Positions 1-10,203 of a stretch of 64,000 nucleotides of DNA are shown piece by piece; positions within the stretch are counted from its first letter, which is position 1; each line of letters opens with the position of its first letter. The notes beneath the pieces are model-generated. The model saw only the letters and a program-made list of their open reading frames with translations. It searched no databases and was not told the origin of the DNA. The position numbers and the translations under genes were made by a program. The stretch comes from Planctomycetota bacterium. Its GTDB lineage: Bacteria; Planctomycetota; GCA-002687715; CAIWVZ01. Location: positions 96,001-160,000 of the forward strand of contig JBGANV010000002.1 of NCBI GenBank assembly GCA_044222185.1, given 5' to 3'.

Positions 1-2047
1 GGTCGACCGTGCTCGCACGGGCTTCGGCCGGGTGATTCGTTCCGAGGAGCAGGTCGATCTCCGCGACGTGCGCGCGGAAATCCCCCGGTGCGATCCGGCG
101 GGCCTCGCGGATCCAGGCCTGCGCGCGTGACGGGTCCTTCACGCGATCGAACGCGACGCTCGCGGCGGCAACCCGAGCGGGAACGTTGGTGGGATCGTCG
201 CGACAAAGCCCATCGTAGATCGTGAGCGCCGCCTCGGGGTCGACACGTCCGAGCGCGCGCGCCGCCCAATAGCGCGTCGCGAACGTTCCGGGTACGTGAT
301 CGAGCAGGATCTTCGAGACGTCGCGCGCCAACGCCGGCCGATCCGCGCGTTCGACGGCCTCGGCCAGACGGAAGTAGTAGTAGATCGGCCGATCACCGGG
401 GAACAACACGGCACGCGTGAGGTCGTCGGCGGCACGCGCGGCGTACCCCAGCCGTCCCGTGGCTGCGTGCGACAGCGCGACGGAGCCCTCGACGAACCAG
501 TCGAGAGCGGTGACGGGCTCGCCACATGCGTCGCCCTGCGGAAGTCCGGCCGCCGACGCCAGATCGTTGCGCAGCCGGCGGATCGCGTGGGGCCGCGACG
601 AGACGTCCCTCTGCCCGTCGATGCTATCGATCGCGGCCTTCGCACCATCGGTCGCAAGACGGGTGAGCGCGAGCCCCGTCAGTGCCGATGCGGATTCGGG
701 GTCATCCTCGAGGGCGCGCTCGAAGGCATCGATCGCCGCGGCGTGATCTTCGTTGCCGAGGAGGTTCCACGCGGACTCGAGCCGTGCCTCGCGGGCCTGC
801 GCGCGGGCCGTCTCGCGGCCGGTTCGGATCTCGGGCAGGCGCGCGAGGAGGAATCCGCCGCCTGCGGCCAGCAGCAGGAGGAACACCAGCGCCATGCTCG
901 CGATGGGATGGCGAACCGCCAGCCTCAGTGCGCGCCCGAGCGCCGGCACGGGTCGCGCCTCGATCGGTTCGCCGCGCCGGAGCCGACCCAGGTCTTCGGC
1001 GAATGCGTGCGCAGTCGGGTAGCGGGCCTCGGGCTTCTTCGCGAGCGCCCGCCCGAGGATCGTCCGCACGTCCATCGGCAGCGTCCGATTCAATCGTCCC
1101 GGATCCACGGGATCGTCCTGGAGGATCGCCCGGTAGAGTTCCTCTCGCGTCGCGCCTTCGAAGGGTCGGCGCAGCGTCAGACACTCGTAGAGGACGACGC
1201 CGAGCGCGTGGCCGTCGGCGCGGGCGTCGACCGCTCGACCGCTCCGCTGAATCTGCTCCGGGGCCGCATACGCGGGCGTGCCGAGGACGCCGTCCGTCCG
1301 CGTGATGCCGGTCTCGGACCCTTCGAGATCGCGGGCGAGCCCGAAGTCCACGAGCACGGGCTCTCCGGCGGCCGTCACGATCACGTTGGCCGGCTTGATG
1401 TCGCGATGAATGACGCCCGCATCGTGAGCCGCCGCGGCTGCGCGCGCGATCTTCTCCACGAATGCGACGATGGGGTCGTGGCGCCCGGCGCAGAGGTCCG
1501 CGACGATCGGCGGATCCGTGGGCGCGACCGTTCCGCCGCTCGACCGGATGCTGCGCGCGCGATCGAGCAACGTCGCCAGGTCGAGCCCTTCGAGGTGACG
1601 CATGGCGATGTAGAGGACTCCGCGCTCTTCGCCCGCGTCGAACACCGTGCAGATACCTGGGTGGTCGAGGCGCGCGGCCACCTCCGCCTCCCGTTGAAAC
1701 CGCTCGCTGCCGTCGCGCGAGAGTCGCCCGATCTGCGTGAGGATCTTGAGCGCGACGCGACGCCGCAAACGCGTGTCCTCGGCCAGGTAGACGACACCCT
1801 GCCCGCCCCTGCCGATCTCGCCGATCAGCGCGTACGGCCCGATGCGCCCGTCGCGGACTCCCGGCGGGGAGAGCGACTCGGGGGTCGACGTTTCGGCCTC
1901 CCCGTGGATTTGCGCCCATTCCCGAGCGATGACTTCGGCGTGTTCGGGAAACGACGCCTGATAGTCCTCCAGCGGTCGCGGCGTACCGCGGGCGCGATCT
2001 TCCGTCATCCGGCGGAGAAACTCGTTGACGGCGGTGTCCGAGTCCAT
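1..2047 (-). CDS. Hanks-type Ser/Thr protein kinase with C-terminal helical (TPR-like) region; 3' end beyond the window edge
   Basis: Manual minus-strand translation from ATG 2047 gives IGEIGRGGQGVVYLAEDTRLRRRVALKIL, HRDIKPANV and LVDFGLAR. The codons at the window start also read open in this frame; absence from the ORF track fits a stop lying outside the window. Confidence 0.92.
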   Translation of the reverse strand, partial: MDSDTAVNEFLRRMTEDRARGTPRPLEDYQASFPEHAEVIAREWAQIHGEAETSTPESLSPPGVRDGRIGPYALIGEIGRGGQGVVYLAEDTRLRRRVALKILTQIGRLSRDGSERFQREAEVAARLDHPGICTVFDAGEERGVLYIAMRHLEGLDLATLLDRARSIRSSGGTVAPTDPPIVADLCAGRHDPIVAFVEKIARAAAAAHDAGVIHRDIKPANVIVTAAGEPVLVDFGLARDLEGSETGITRTDGVLGTPAYAAPEQIQRSGRAVDARADGHALGVVLYECLTLRRPFEGATREELYRAILQDDPVDPGRLNRTLPMDVRTILGRALAKKPEARYPTAHAFAEDLGRLRRGEPIEARPVPALGRALRLAVRHPIASMALVFLLLLAAGGGFLLARLPEIRTGRETARAQAREARLESAWNLLGNEDHAAAIDAFERALEDDPESASALTGLALTRLATDGAKAAIDSIDGQRDVSSRPHAIRRLRNDLASAAGLPQGDACGEPVTALDWFVEGSVALSHAATGRLGYAARAADDLTRAVLFPGDRPIYYYFRLAEAVERADRPALARDVSKILLDHVPGTFATRYWAARALGRVDPEAALTIYDGLCRDDPTNVPARVAAASVAFDRVKDPSRAQAWIREARRIAPGDFRAHVAEIDLLLGTNHPAEARASTVD

Positions 2048-2134
2048 CTCAGTCGTTCCATGTCCTGGAATCGTGATTCGGGACGGGAATCTCGAAACTC
2101 GCACCGCCGGACGGGAATGCCGCGCCGGACGCGC

Positions 2135-2758
2135 TCACTCGTCCAGCTCGGAGAAGATCGACTCGGGAAGACGGCGCCGCAGGTTTTCCAGCGCGCGCCC
2201 GTAGCGATGCGAGATCGTGTTGGCCTTCTCGCCGACGAGCTCGCCGATCTCCTTGTTCGACAAACCTTCGATCCCGCGCATCACGAGGATCTGCCGGTCC
2301 GCTTCGTCCAGTTCGGCGACGGCCCGGGCGATCGCAGCCCCGGTTTCATGATGAACGGCTTCGTTCACGGCGCCGACGATCTGGGCAGCGACCTCGTCCA
2401 AGGGGTCGGTGCCGGACCGAGGCCGCCCGCCCATGCGCGCCTCGCCGCGGAGGTGAAGGCGCAACGCATTGTTCGCGACGAACCGCACGGTCTGCGCCAG
2501 GAACGCGAGCACGATCGGCGTGGAACGGCTCGCCCGCGTGTCGAACTCAGGGAGTTTCCGGAGCGCGATCAGCCACGCCTCGGCGACGATGTCGTCCGGA
2601 TCGATGCGTTTCGAAAGCGTGCTGCCGAGTCGGAACGCGGCCTGCACCCGGAGCAGCGGGCTGAAACGGCGCACGATCCAGCCCAGGCTCTCCGAATCGC
2701 CGTCGAGCGCCCTTCGCACGTGAAGGGTCGTGAGGTCGGATCGGGCCGGCGGGTCCAT
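2135..2758 (-). CDS. ECF-type sigma-70 factor (planctomycete STK-associated type)
   Basis: C-terminal 207 aa of the 2135..3178 ORF: sigma2 (RIDPDDIVAEAW...FLAQTVRF) and sigma4 (LDEADRQILVMRGIEGLSNKEIGELVG...RYGRAL). Directly upstream of the kinase. Confidence 0.9.
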   Translation of the reverse strand: MDPPARSDLTTLHVRRALDGDSESLGWIVRRFSPLLRVQAAFRLGSTLSKRIDPDDIVAEAWLIALRKLPEFDTRASRSTPIVLAFLAQTVRFVANNALRLHLRGEARMGGRPRSGTDPLDEVAAQIVGAVNEAVHHETGAAIARAVAELDEADRQILVMRGIEGLSNKEIGELVGEKANTISHRYGRALENLRRRLPESIFSELDE

Positions 2759-2830
2759 GCGCGTGCATGCTGCGCACGCGGCACGCGCGCGGCAACACGC
2801 ACGTTTCGGCCACGGGTATGATCTCGGCCC

Positions 2831-4582
2831 ATGCGCGCCGCCGAATTCTCTATCCTTCTCGTCCTCATGAGCACTGCATTCCACGACTCGATCGGCCAGG
2901 CGCCGCAGGCATCGCAGCCGACGGCCATTGCGACCATGGATCCAGGGCTTCGAGACGTGATCGAGCGTTTCGCTGCGGACGAGGACGCGCTCGAACGCAA
3001 ATACCCACGCCCCCGCTCGGAGCCGCGGCGCAACCGACTGCGATCGTTCTACGCCGAGGCGCAGAAGTCCCTGGCCGCCTTGCCGTTCGACTCGCTCGGC
3101 GTCGATGGCCGCGTCGACTGGCATCTCCTGCGCGCCTACGTCGCGCGTCGCCAGAAGGCGCTCGATCGCGAGCAGCAAAGGGCAGCCGACGCCGCGCCGC
3201 TCCTGCCGTTCCGCGACGCGATCCTCTCTCTCGTGGACGCCCGTCTGCGATTCGAAGCCGTCGTTCCCAAGGACGCTGCGGCAAACCTCGATGCCATCGC
3301 CAAGTCACTCCCCGACGTCGAGCGCCGTCTCGATTCGGGCGAGCTGGATTCCGTCGACGTCGTTCGCGCCAACCGCACCGTGGGCCAGCTTCGCGAACTG
3401 CGTGGCGCGTTCCGCGGCTGGTACGACTACTTCGCCGGATACGAGCCCACCTTCGAATGGTGGTGCCGGAAGCCATTCGAAGCCTGCACCGAGGGCCTGG
3501 ACCGCCTGTCGGCCAAGGTCCAGGAGCGGCTCATCTCGAAGCGAACGCAGAATGCCTCGGCCCCACTGATCGCGGACCCCATCGGCGACGTGGCCTTGCG
3601 CGAGGAGCTCGGATTCGAGTTCATCCCCTATTCGCCGCCGGAGCTCGTCGCGATCGCCGAGCGCGAATTCGCCTGGTGTGACGCCGAAATGGCGAAGGCG
3701 ACGCAGGCCCTCGGTTTCGGCGACGACTGGCGCAAGGCGCAGGAGCACGTGAAGGAACTTCACGTCGAGCCTGGCCGTCAGCCAGACATGGTTCGCGACA
3801 TGGCCCTGGAAGCCATCGACTGGGTGACGAAGCGGGACCTCGTCACCGTTCCAGATCTCTGCCGCGAGACCTGGCGGATGGAGATGATGGCGCCTGCCGA
3901 CCAGCGGGTGAATCCGTTCTTTCTCGGCGGTGAGGTGATCAAGGTCTCGTTCCCGACGGACGCCATGACGCAATCGGAGAAGCTGCAAAGTCTCCGCGCC
4001 AACAACCGCCATTTCTCACGCGCGGTCGTTCACCACGAACTCATACCCGGGCATCACCTGCAGGGGTTCATGCAGCAGCGGTACCGGCCGTACCGTCGGA
4101 TGTTCAGCACTCCGTTCTGGGTGGAAGGCTGGGCGCTGTATTGGGAGCTGCGCCTCTACGACATGAACTTCGCGGCGACACCCGAGGATCGCATCGGCAT
4201 GTTGTATTGGCGCAAGCATCGCTGCGCCCGAATCATCTTCTCGCTGGGAATCCACCAGGGGACCATGTCGCCGACGGAGGCCGTGAAGTTCCTCGTGGAT
4301 CGCGTGGGACACGAGCCGGCCGCAGCCGAGGGTGAGGTCCGTCGCTCGATCAACGGCGACTACGGACCGCTCTACCAGGCGGGCTACATGCTGGGCGGGA
4401 TGCAGATCCGCGCGCTCCAGCGGGAGCTCGTCGAAGGCGGGCGAATGTCCGAGAAGTCGTTCCACGACGCAGTGCTGCAGCAGAACTCGATCCCCATCGA
4501 GCTGATTCGCGCCTCGCTCACGGGGACGAAGCTTGCCGCGGACATGGGCGCGACGTGGCGGTTTGCCGACGGCGGCAAATGA
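2831..4582 (+). CDS. DUF885 family secreted protein (putative metallopeptidase-like)
   Basis: N-terminal signal-like segment; HHELIPGHHLQ and FWVEGWALYWE motifs; C-terminal YQAGYMLG. Confidence 0.85.
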   Translation: MRAAEFSILLVLMSTAFHDSIGQAPQASQPTAIATMDPGLRDVIERFAADEDALERKYPRPRSEPRRNRLRSFYAEAQKSLAALPFDSLGVDGRVDWHLLRAYVARRQKALDREQQRAADAAPLLPFRDAILSLVDARLRFEAVVPKDAAANLDAIAKSLPDVERRLDSGELDSVDVVRANRTVGQLRELRGAFRGWYDYFAGYEPTFEWWCRKPFEACTEGLDRLSAKVQERLISKRTQNASAPLIADPIGDVALREELGFEFIPYSPPELVAIAEREFAWCDAEMAKATQALGFGDDWRKAQEHVKELHVEPGRQPDMVRDMALEAIDWVTKRDLVTVPDLCRETWRMEMMAPADQRVNPFFLGGEVIKVSFPTDAMTQSEKLQSLRANNRHFSRAVVHHELIPGHHLQGFMQQRYRPYRRMFSTPFWVEGWALYWELRLYDMNFAATPEDRIGMLYWRKHRCARIIFSLGIHQGTMSPTEAVKFLVDRVGHEPAAAEGEVRRSINGDYGPLYQAGYMLGGMQIRALQRELVEGGRMSEKSFHDAVLQQNSIPIELIRASLTGTKLAADMGATWRFADGGK

Positions 4583-4933
4583 TCGGGGCGCGGGGCGAGG
4601 TGGCGTAGCGAACGTCGTGCGCGTGGCGTGGGTGCGAGACGGTCGTCGCTCGGGCGGTAGGAGGAGACGAGGCTCGCCGACGTCTCGCGCAAGGCAGAAC
4701 TCCAGGCGTCCGGCCGGGCGAAGCCCGGCGGTCCGACTTCGCCGACGATGACCGAGGCGCATCGTCTTGCGACACGCACGGAGAGTCCGAACCGGCGATC
4801 TGATGAACGCAGCGCCTGGTCCGGTCATCCCCGGGATGCGGCGACCGACGCCGTCAGGCGGCCGCCCGACCTGCTCAGGGCCGTCTGATACGATCCCGGC
4901 CATCCCTCACCGACCTCCTCGCGGCGCACCATC

Positions 4934-6571
4934 ATGCCTCCGACCGACTCACGACCCATTGCCGGGGTTTCCATCATCGCCGGGCGGCACGCTGCGGCCT
5001 CGCCTGCACCGGATGCACGTTTCCACGGCGTCGAGGCCGCGACGGGAGCACCCCTCGCGATCACGTTCGTCGCAGCCTCTCCACAGGACGTGTCGGCCGC
5101 GTGCGAGGCTGGGCGCGGTGCCGAATCCATCCTGCGCGACAGCTCGCCGGATCGGCGTGCGGCGCTGTTGAGAGGCATCGCCGACGGCATCGCGGCCCTC
5201 GGCGATTCGCTCGTGGAGACGGTGTGTCTGGAGACGGGACTCGGCTCCGACCGCATCCGAGGCGAGCGCGACCGCACCGTGTTCCAGCTGCGTACATTCG
5301 CCGATCTGGCGGTTCGAGGCGACTGGGTCGACGCCGTGATCGATCGCGGGAACCCCACGCGCACGCCGCTCCCCAAACCGGACGTGCGCCGCATGCTGCG
5401 GCCGTTGGGGCTCTGCGCCGTGTTTCCAGCGAGCAATTTTCCGCTCGCTTTCGGGGTCGCGGGTGGCGACACCGCGTCCGCCGTCGCCGCCGGTTGCCCG
5501 GTCGTGGTCAAGGGTCACCCGGCACATCCGGCGACCGGTGAGATGGTGGCCACGGTCGTCGCTGCGGCAGTCGCGGGAACCGGCCTTCCCGGCGGCACGT
5601 TCTCGTTCCTGCACGCCGGCGGGGTGCGCGACATCACGGTAGGCGAGGAACTCGTTCGGCATCCGCACGTGCGGGCGGTCGGATTCACGGGATCGAAGGG
5701 CGGCGGACTTTCGCTCGCGCGCCTCGCGGCCTCGCGCGACGAACCGATCCCGGTCTTCGCCGAGATGGGCAGCGTGAACCCGACGTTCCTTCTCCCTGAC
5801 GCCGTCGCCGCCGATGCGGAAGGGCTCGCGACCAAGCTCGCCGGCGCGATCGTCGGCTCGGTGGGACAGCTCTGCACGAAGCCAGGGCTCCTGTTCGTCG
5901 TCGCATCGAAGCCCGCCGAGGCGTTTCTCTTCGCACTCGCCGGACGACTGGCTGCGGCATCGCCCGCGCCCATGCTCACGTCGCGTACGCTCGCGAACTT
6001 CGCAGCCCGCCTGCGGTCGCAGGCGACGATCGAAGGCGTCAGCACCGTAGGCGGAGTCGCCGAGCCCGCGAGCTCGCCAGGCTCCAAGGTCTTGCCAGTC
6101 CTGTTGCGCGTCAGCGCCGACGTCTTCGCGCGGAACCCCACGCTCGCCGAGGAGTGCTTCGGGCCATCCGCGATCGCGGTCGTCTGCACGAGTCCCGAAC
6201 AGATGCAGGCGCTCGCAGCGACGTTGCCCGGCAGCCTCGCGGCGGCGGTGTTCGCCGCAGACTCGGACTCGAAGCACGCGACGATCCTCGCCGACGTCGT
6301 CGCAAGCCGCGTCGGACGCGTCGTCTTCGGCGGAGTGACGACGGGCGTCGAAGTCTGCGCCGCGATGCAGCACGGTGGGCCGTTTCCGGCGACGACCCGC
6401 CCTGAAACCACCTCCGTCGGAAGCGCCGCGATCCGACGCTGGTGTCGGCCGATCGCATGGCAGAACGCGCCCGACGGATTCCTCCCGCCTGCGTTGCGTG
6501 ACGCGAACCCCCTGAACATCGCGCGGACCGTGGACGGACTCCTCGTGCCCGCCGGAATGGCCCCATCGTGA
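4934..6571 (+). CDS. lhpG: NADP-dependent aldehyde dehydrogenase, alpha-ketoglutaric semialdehyde dehydrogenase type
   Basis: ASNFPLAFGVAGGDTASA, GFTGS, FAEMGSVNP, GQLCTKPG (catalytic Cys), EECFGP, HGGPFPAT; first gene of the Hyp operon. Confidence 0.88.
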   Translation: MPPTDSRPIAGVSIIAGRHAAASPAPDARFHGVEAATGAPLAITFVAASPQDVSAACEAGRGAESILRDSSPDRRAALLRGIADGIAALGDSLVETVCLETGLGSDRIRGERDRTVFQLRTFADLAVRGDWVDAVIDRGNPTRTPLPKPDVRRMLRPLGLCAVFPASNFPLAFGVAGGDTASAVAAGCPVVVKGHPAHPATGEMVATVVAAAVAGTGLPGGTFSFLHAGGVRDITVGEELVRHPHVRAVGFTGSKGGGLSLARLAASRDEPIPVFAEMGSVNPTFLLPDAVAADAEGLATKLAGAIVGSVGQLCTKPGLLFVVASKPAEAFLFALAGRLAAASPAPMLTSRTLANFAARLRSQATIEGVSTVGGVAEPASSPGSKVLPVLLRVSADVFARNPTLAEECFGPSAIAVVCTSPEQMQALAATLPGSLAAAVFAADSDSKHATILADVVASRVGRVVFGGVTTGVEVCAAMQHGGPFPATTRPETTSVGSAAIRRWCRPIAWQNAPDGFLPPALRDANPLNIARTVDGLLVPAGMAPS

Positions 6572-7518
6572 ACGCGGTCCGCGTCATCGACTCACACACC
6601 GAGGGTGAGCCGACCCGTGTCGTGATCGATGGTGGACCGGACCTCGGCGGCGGGTCGCTCGTCGAACGACGTGAGATCTTCGCGCGGCACCACGACGCGT
6701 TCCGCGCCGCGGTGGTGAACGAACCACGGGGATCGGACGTCCTCGTCGGCGCGCTCCTCGTACCACCGGCGGACGCGCGTGCGGTCGCCGGCGTGATCTT
6801 CTTCAACAACGTGGGACCGCTTTGGGGATGCGGACACGGCACGATCGGCGTCGCGCGGACCCTCGTGCGGATGGGCCGGATCAAAGCCGGAGAACATCTC
6901 GTCGAAACGCCCAGCGGCCTCGTCACGATTCGCCTCGGCGACGCCGATCCGGCTGGCGGCGACGTGGAGATCGACAACGTCCCATCGTTCCGCCACCGTA
7001 AAGACGTCGTCGTGAACGTTCATGGCATGGGATCCGTCATGGGTGACGTCGCCTGGGGCGGCAACTGGTTCTTCCTCGTCGACGGCCACGGGCTGCGCCT
7101 CGACCTCTCCAACGTCGACGCATTGACGGACCGCGCGTGGAAGATCCGCCGGGCTCTCGCACGCGACGGCATCACGGGCGCGGACGGGGCGGAGATCGAT
7201 CACGTCGAGTTCTTCGGAACGCCGTCGCGGTCGGATTGCCACAGCCGCAACTTCGTCCTTTGCCCCGGTCGGGCCTACGACCGTTCGCCGTGTGGAACGG
7301 GAACGAGCGCCAAACTCGCGTGTCTCGTCGCCGACGGAAAGCTCGCGCCCGGAGTCTGGTGGGGACAGGAGAGCATCGTCGGCAGCGCCTTCCGCGCGCG
7401 CGCACGCCGGGATGGCGAGCGCATCGTCCCGACGATCGCGGGCGCGGCGTGGATCACGGCGGAGGCGACGCTCCTCCGCGACGACCGTGACCCGTTTCGC
7501 GACGGCATCCGGGGCTGA
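6568..7518 (+). CDS. lhpA: 4-hydroxyproline 2-epimerase (proline racemase family)
   Basis: DSHTEGEPTR, CGHGTIG and DRSPCGTGTSAK (both catalytic Cys); GTGA overlap with the upstream gene. Confidence 0.92.
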   Translation: MNAVRVIDSHTEGEPTRVVIDGGPDLGGGSLVERREIFARHHDAFRAAVVNEPRGSDVLVGALLVPPADARAVAGVIFFNNVGPLWGCGHGTIGVARTLVRMGRIKAGEHLVETPSGLVTIRLGDADPAGGDVEIDNVPSFRHRKDVVVNVHGMGSVMGDVAWGGNWFFLVDGHGLRLDLSNVDALTDRAWKIRRALARDGITGADGAEIDHVEFFGTPSRSDCHSRNFVLCPGRAYDRSPCGTGTSAKLACLVADGKLAPGVWWGQESIVGSAFRARARRDGERIVPTIAGAAWITAEATLLRDDRDPFRDGIRG

Positions 7519-7521
7519 GCG

Positions 7522-8643
7522 GTGACGCTCGCGGACGTGATCGTCGTCGGTGCGGGCATCGTCGGTGCGGCGTGTGCCGATGCACTGAGTTCGCGCGGCA
7601 TGCGTGTGACGGTGATCGAGTCCTCGGAGATCGGAGGCAGTGCCACGGCCGCGGGCATGGGGCACGTCGTCGTCCTCGACGACTCGGAACCCGAGTTCGC
7701 GCTCGCTCGCGACTCGCAGCTGCGATGGGCGCGCCTTCTCCCCGAACTGCCGAGCGACGTGGAAGCGCGGGTCTGCGGGACGCTGTGGGTGGCACTCGAC
7801 GACGAGGAGATGGCAGAAGCCCGCCGCAAGGCTGCGTACTTCCAGACGCGCGGCGCGCGGGCGCAGCTGCTGGATTCCGCCGAGACGCGCGCCCTCGAGC
7901 CCGCGCTGTGCGCCGACGTCGCGGGAGGGCTTCTCGTCCCGGACGACGGAGTGATCTACCCGCCGACGGCAGCACGGTGGCTCCTTCGACGCTCGCGGGC
8001 GACGGTGCTTCGCGGCCAGCCCGCGCGACGGATCGATGGCCGCTCGGTGACGCTGCGGGACGGCACGCGCATCGACGGCCACGCCGTCGTCAACGCTGGC
8101 GGCATCCGTGCGCGAGAGCTTTCCCCGTCGCTGCCGTTGCGGCACAAGAAGGGTCACCTCGTCATCACGGATCGCCACCCCGGCTTCCTCCGGCACCAGG
8201 TCGTGGAACTGGGATATGTGAAGTCGGCCCACGCTGGCGCCCGCGAATCCGTGGCGTTCAACGTCCAGCCGCGCGCAACGGGCCAGGTGCTGATCGGCTC
8301 GTCCCGACAGCTCGACGTGGAGGATCCCGTCGTCGAGCCGCACGTGGTGTCCCGGATGCTCGACCGGGCGGTTCGATACATGCCGTCGATCGGTCGACTC
8401 TCGGCAATCCGGACCTGGACGGGCTTTCGCGCCGCCACACCCGACGGTTTGCCCCTGATCGGACGATGCGACGCCGAAGGTGGCACGTGGATCGCGGCGG
8501 GGCACGAGGGGCTCGGGATCACGACGTCGCTGGGCACTGCGGCACTCCTTGCCGACCTGATGACGGGCACGAACCCGTCGATTCCCCCGACTCCTTATGC
8601 TCCGGATCGATTTGCGCGCGCACGGGGAATGGCCCATGACTGA
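7522..8643 (+). CDS. lhpB: D-hydroxyproline dehydrogenase FAD (beta) subunit, DAO family
   Basis: VVGAGIVG, ATAAGMGH, WTGFRAATPDGLPLIG, GHEGLGITTSLGTA; operon context. Confidence 0.88.
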   Translation: MTLADVIVVGAGIVGAACADALSSRGMRVTVIESSEIGGSATAAGMGHVVVLDDSEPEFALARDSQLRWARLLPELPSDVEARVCGTLWVALDDEEMAEARRKAAYFQTRGARAQLLDSAETRALEPALCADVAGGLLVPDDGVIYPPTAARWLLRRSRATVLRGQPARRIDGRSVTLRDGTRIDGHAVVNAGGIRARELSPSLPLRHKKGHLVITDRHPGFLRHQVVELGYVKSAHAGARESVAFNVQPRATGQVLIGSSRQLDVEDPVVEPHVVSRMLDRAVRYMPSIGRLSAIRTWTGFRAATPDGLPLIGRCDAEGGTWIAAGHEGLGITTSLGTAALLADLMTGTNPSIPPTPYAPDRFARARGMAHD

Positions 8644-8887
8644 GCCGTCCATCCAAATCGTCGTGGACGGGAGGTCGATCGCAGCGAGCTCGGGTACGAC
8701 GCTCGCGGCCGCCCTTCTCAATGCGGGCGTCGACGCGTTCCGGCAATCGGTCGACGGGCTCGCGCGCGGACCGGTGTGCGCCATGGGAACGTGTCACGAG
8801 TGCCGCGTGACGCTCGACGGCATGCCCCACGTCCGTGCCTGCCTCGTGGACGTGCGACCTGGAATGCGCGTGGAGACGAGAGCGTGA
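8636..8887 (+). CDS. lhpF: D-hydroxyproline dehydrogenase [2Fe-2S] (gamma) subunit
   Basis: CAMGTCHECRV...RAC four-Cys motif; ATG 8636 overlaps the lhpB end. Confidence 0.85.
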   Translation: MTEPSIQIVVDGRSIAASSGTTLAAALLNAGVDAFRQSVDGLARGPVCAMGTCHECRVTLDGMPHVRACLVDVRPGMRVETRA

Positions 8888-10170
8888 CGCTCTCAGCACG
8901 CATCGCGTGCGACGTGGCGATCGTGGGCGCGGGCCCGGCCGGGCTGTCGGCGGCCGTCGAAGCAGGACGGTTCGGACGTCGCGTGCTGGTCATCGAGGAG
9001 GCGAACGCCGCCGGCGGACAGATCTGGAGGCGGGCGTCGGGCGGGCAAGCCGAGGGCTTGCGAGCCGAAGCCACGAGGCATGGTGTCGGTTTCCATCACG
9101 GCCTCACGCTCGTCGCCGCGGATCGCACGGGTGCAGGACGAACGCTGTGGTGCATTCGGCGCGACGGCGGCGAGGCGGTCCGCGTCGATGCCGCTCGCGT
9201 CGTCCTCGCCACGGGCGCCCGGGAACTTCTCCTGCCGTTTCCCAATTGGACGCTGCCGGGGGTCTTCGCGGCCGGCGGACTCCAGGCGCTCTCGAAAGAC
9301 GGGTTCGACGTGGCGCGAAAGCGCATCGTCGTCGCCGGCTCGGGTCCGCTGCTGATGGCCGTGGCGGCACAGCTTCGGGCCCGCGGCGGCACCGTGATCG
9401 AGATCGCCGAACAAGCGCCGTGGCGCACCGTCGTCCGCTTCCTCGCGAAGCTCACCGCGCATCCCGCGAAACTGGCGCAGGCGTGCGCACTCCGCGGGCG
9501 CACGGCGGGGGCACGCTATCGAACGGGCACGTGGCCCGTTCGCGCCGAGGGTGACGGAAGGATCGAAGCCGTCGTGCTCTCCGACGGCACGCACGAACGC
9601 CGCATCGCGTGCGATGCGCTGGCGGTCGGGTTCGGACTCGTCCCGAACGTCCAGACCGCCGCCCTGCTCGGCTGCGCCATCGACGACGGAGCCGTGCGCG
9701 TGTCGCCGAACCTGGAGACGACGGCGGCAGGGGTGTTCGCCGCCGGCGAAGCCCTCGGTATCGGAGGAGTGGAGTGTGCGCGCGTCGAGGGAGCGATCGC
9801 CGGCCGCGCCGCCGTGGATGCGCTCACGCCGGACGATCCCCTTCTCGCGCGGCGAACGCGAGCGCGCCGGTTTGCACGCGCAGTCGAGGAAGCGTTCGCC
9901 CTTCGGGCCGAACTCTCGGCGCTGCCGGCGCCGGACACGCTCGTGTGTCGATGCGAGGACGTCACCTGGGCGAGGATCCGCGAGTGCCAGTCGTGGCGCG
10001 AGGCGAAACTCATGACTCGATGTGGCATGGGTCCCTGCCAGGGTCGCGTCTGTGGACCCGCGCTGCGCGTCCTCACCGGGTGGAGCGGTGGCGATTCCCG
10101 GCCGCCGTCGAGCCCCGTCGGCGTCGACGCGCTCCGGTGCTTCGGCGTCGACGCCAACCCCACTGCGTGA
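8884..10170 (+). CDS. lhpE: D-hydroxyproline dehydrogenase alpha subunit (FAD/NAD(P) oxidoreductase with BFD-like C-terminus)
   Basis: GAGPAGL, LATGARE, PNWTLPGV, VCRCEDV and CGMGPCQGRVC; GTG start overlaps the upstream TGA. Confidence 0.85.
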   Translation: MTLSARIACDVAIVGAGPAGLSAAVEAGRFGRRVLVIEEANAAGGQIWRRASGGQAEGLRAEATRHGVGFHHGLTLVAADRTGAGRTLWCIRRDGGEAVRVDAARVVLATGARELLLPFPNWTLPGVFAAGGLQALSKDGFDVARKRIVVAGSGPLLMAVAAQLRARGGTVIEIAEQAPWRTVVRFLAKLTAHPAKLAQACALRGRTAGARYRTGTWPVRAEGDGRIEAVVLSDGTHERRIACDALAVGFGLVPNVQTAALLGCAIDDGAVRVSPNLETTAAGVFAAGEALGIGGVECARVEGAIAGRAAVDALTPDDPLLARRTRARRFARAVEEAFALRAELSALPAPDTLVCRCEDVTWARIRECQSWREAKLMTRCGMGPCQGRVCGPALRVLTGWSGGDSRPPSSPVGVDALRCFGVDANPTA

Positions 10171-10203
10171 GGCGCCGGACGGCGGTTCGTTACGATCGCC
10201 GCC

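Noticed and set aside
296-2821. 841-aa plus-strand ORF
   Set aside because: Codon-aligned antisense shadow of the kinase and ECF sigma genes; no recognisable motifs.
4583-4933. Degenerate REP in the DUF885-lhpG spacer (ccgggcgaagcccgg near 4714-4728)
   Set aside because: Matches only the secondary hairpin; no GGAG-footed REP or partner arm found.
7522-10170. HCN synthase hcnABC or opine oxidase
   Set aside because: The subunits are homologous, but the flanking Hyp epimerase, deaminase and KGSA dehydrogenase point to D-hydroxyproline dehydrogenase.
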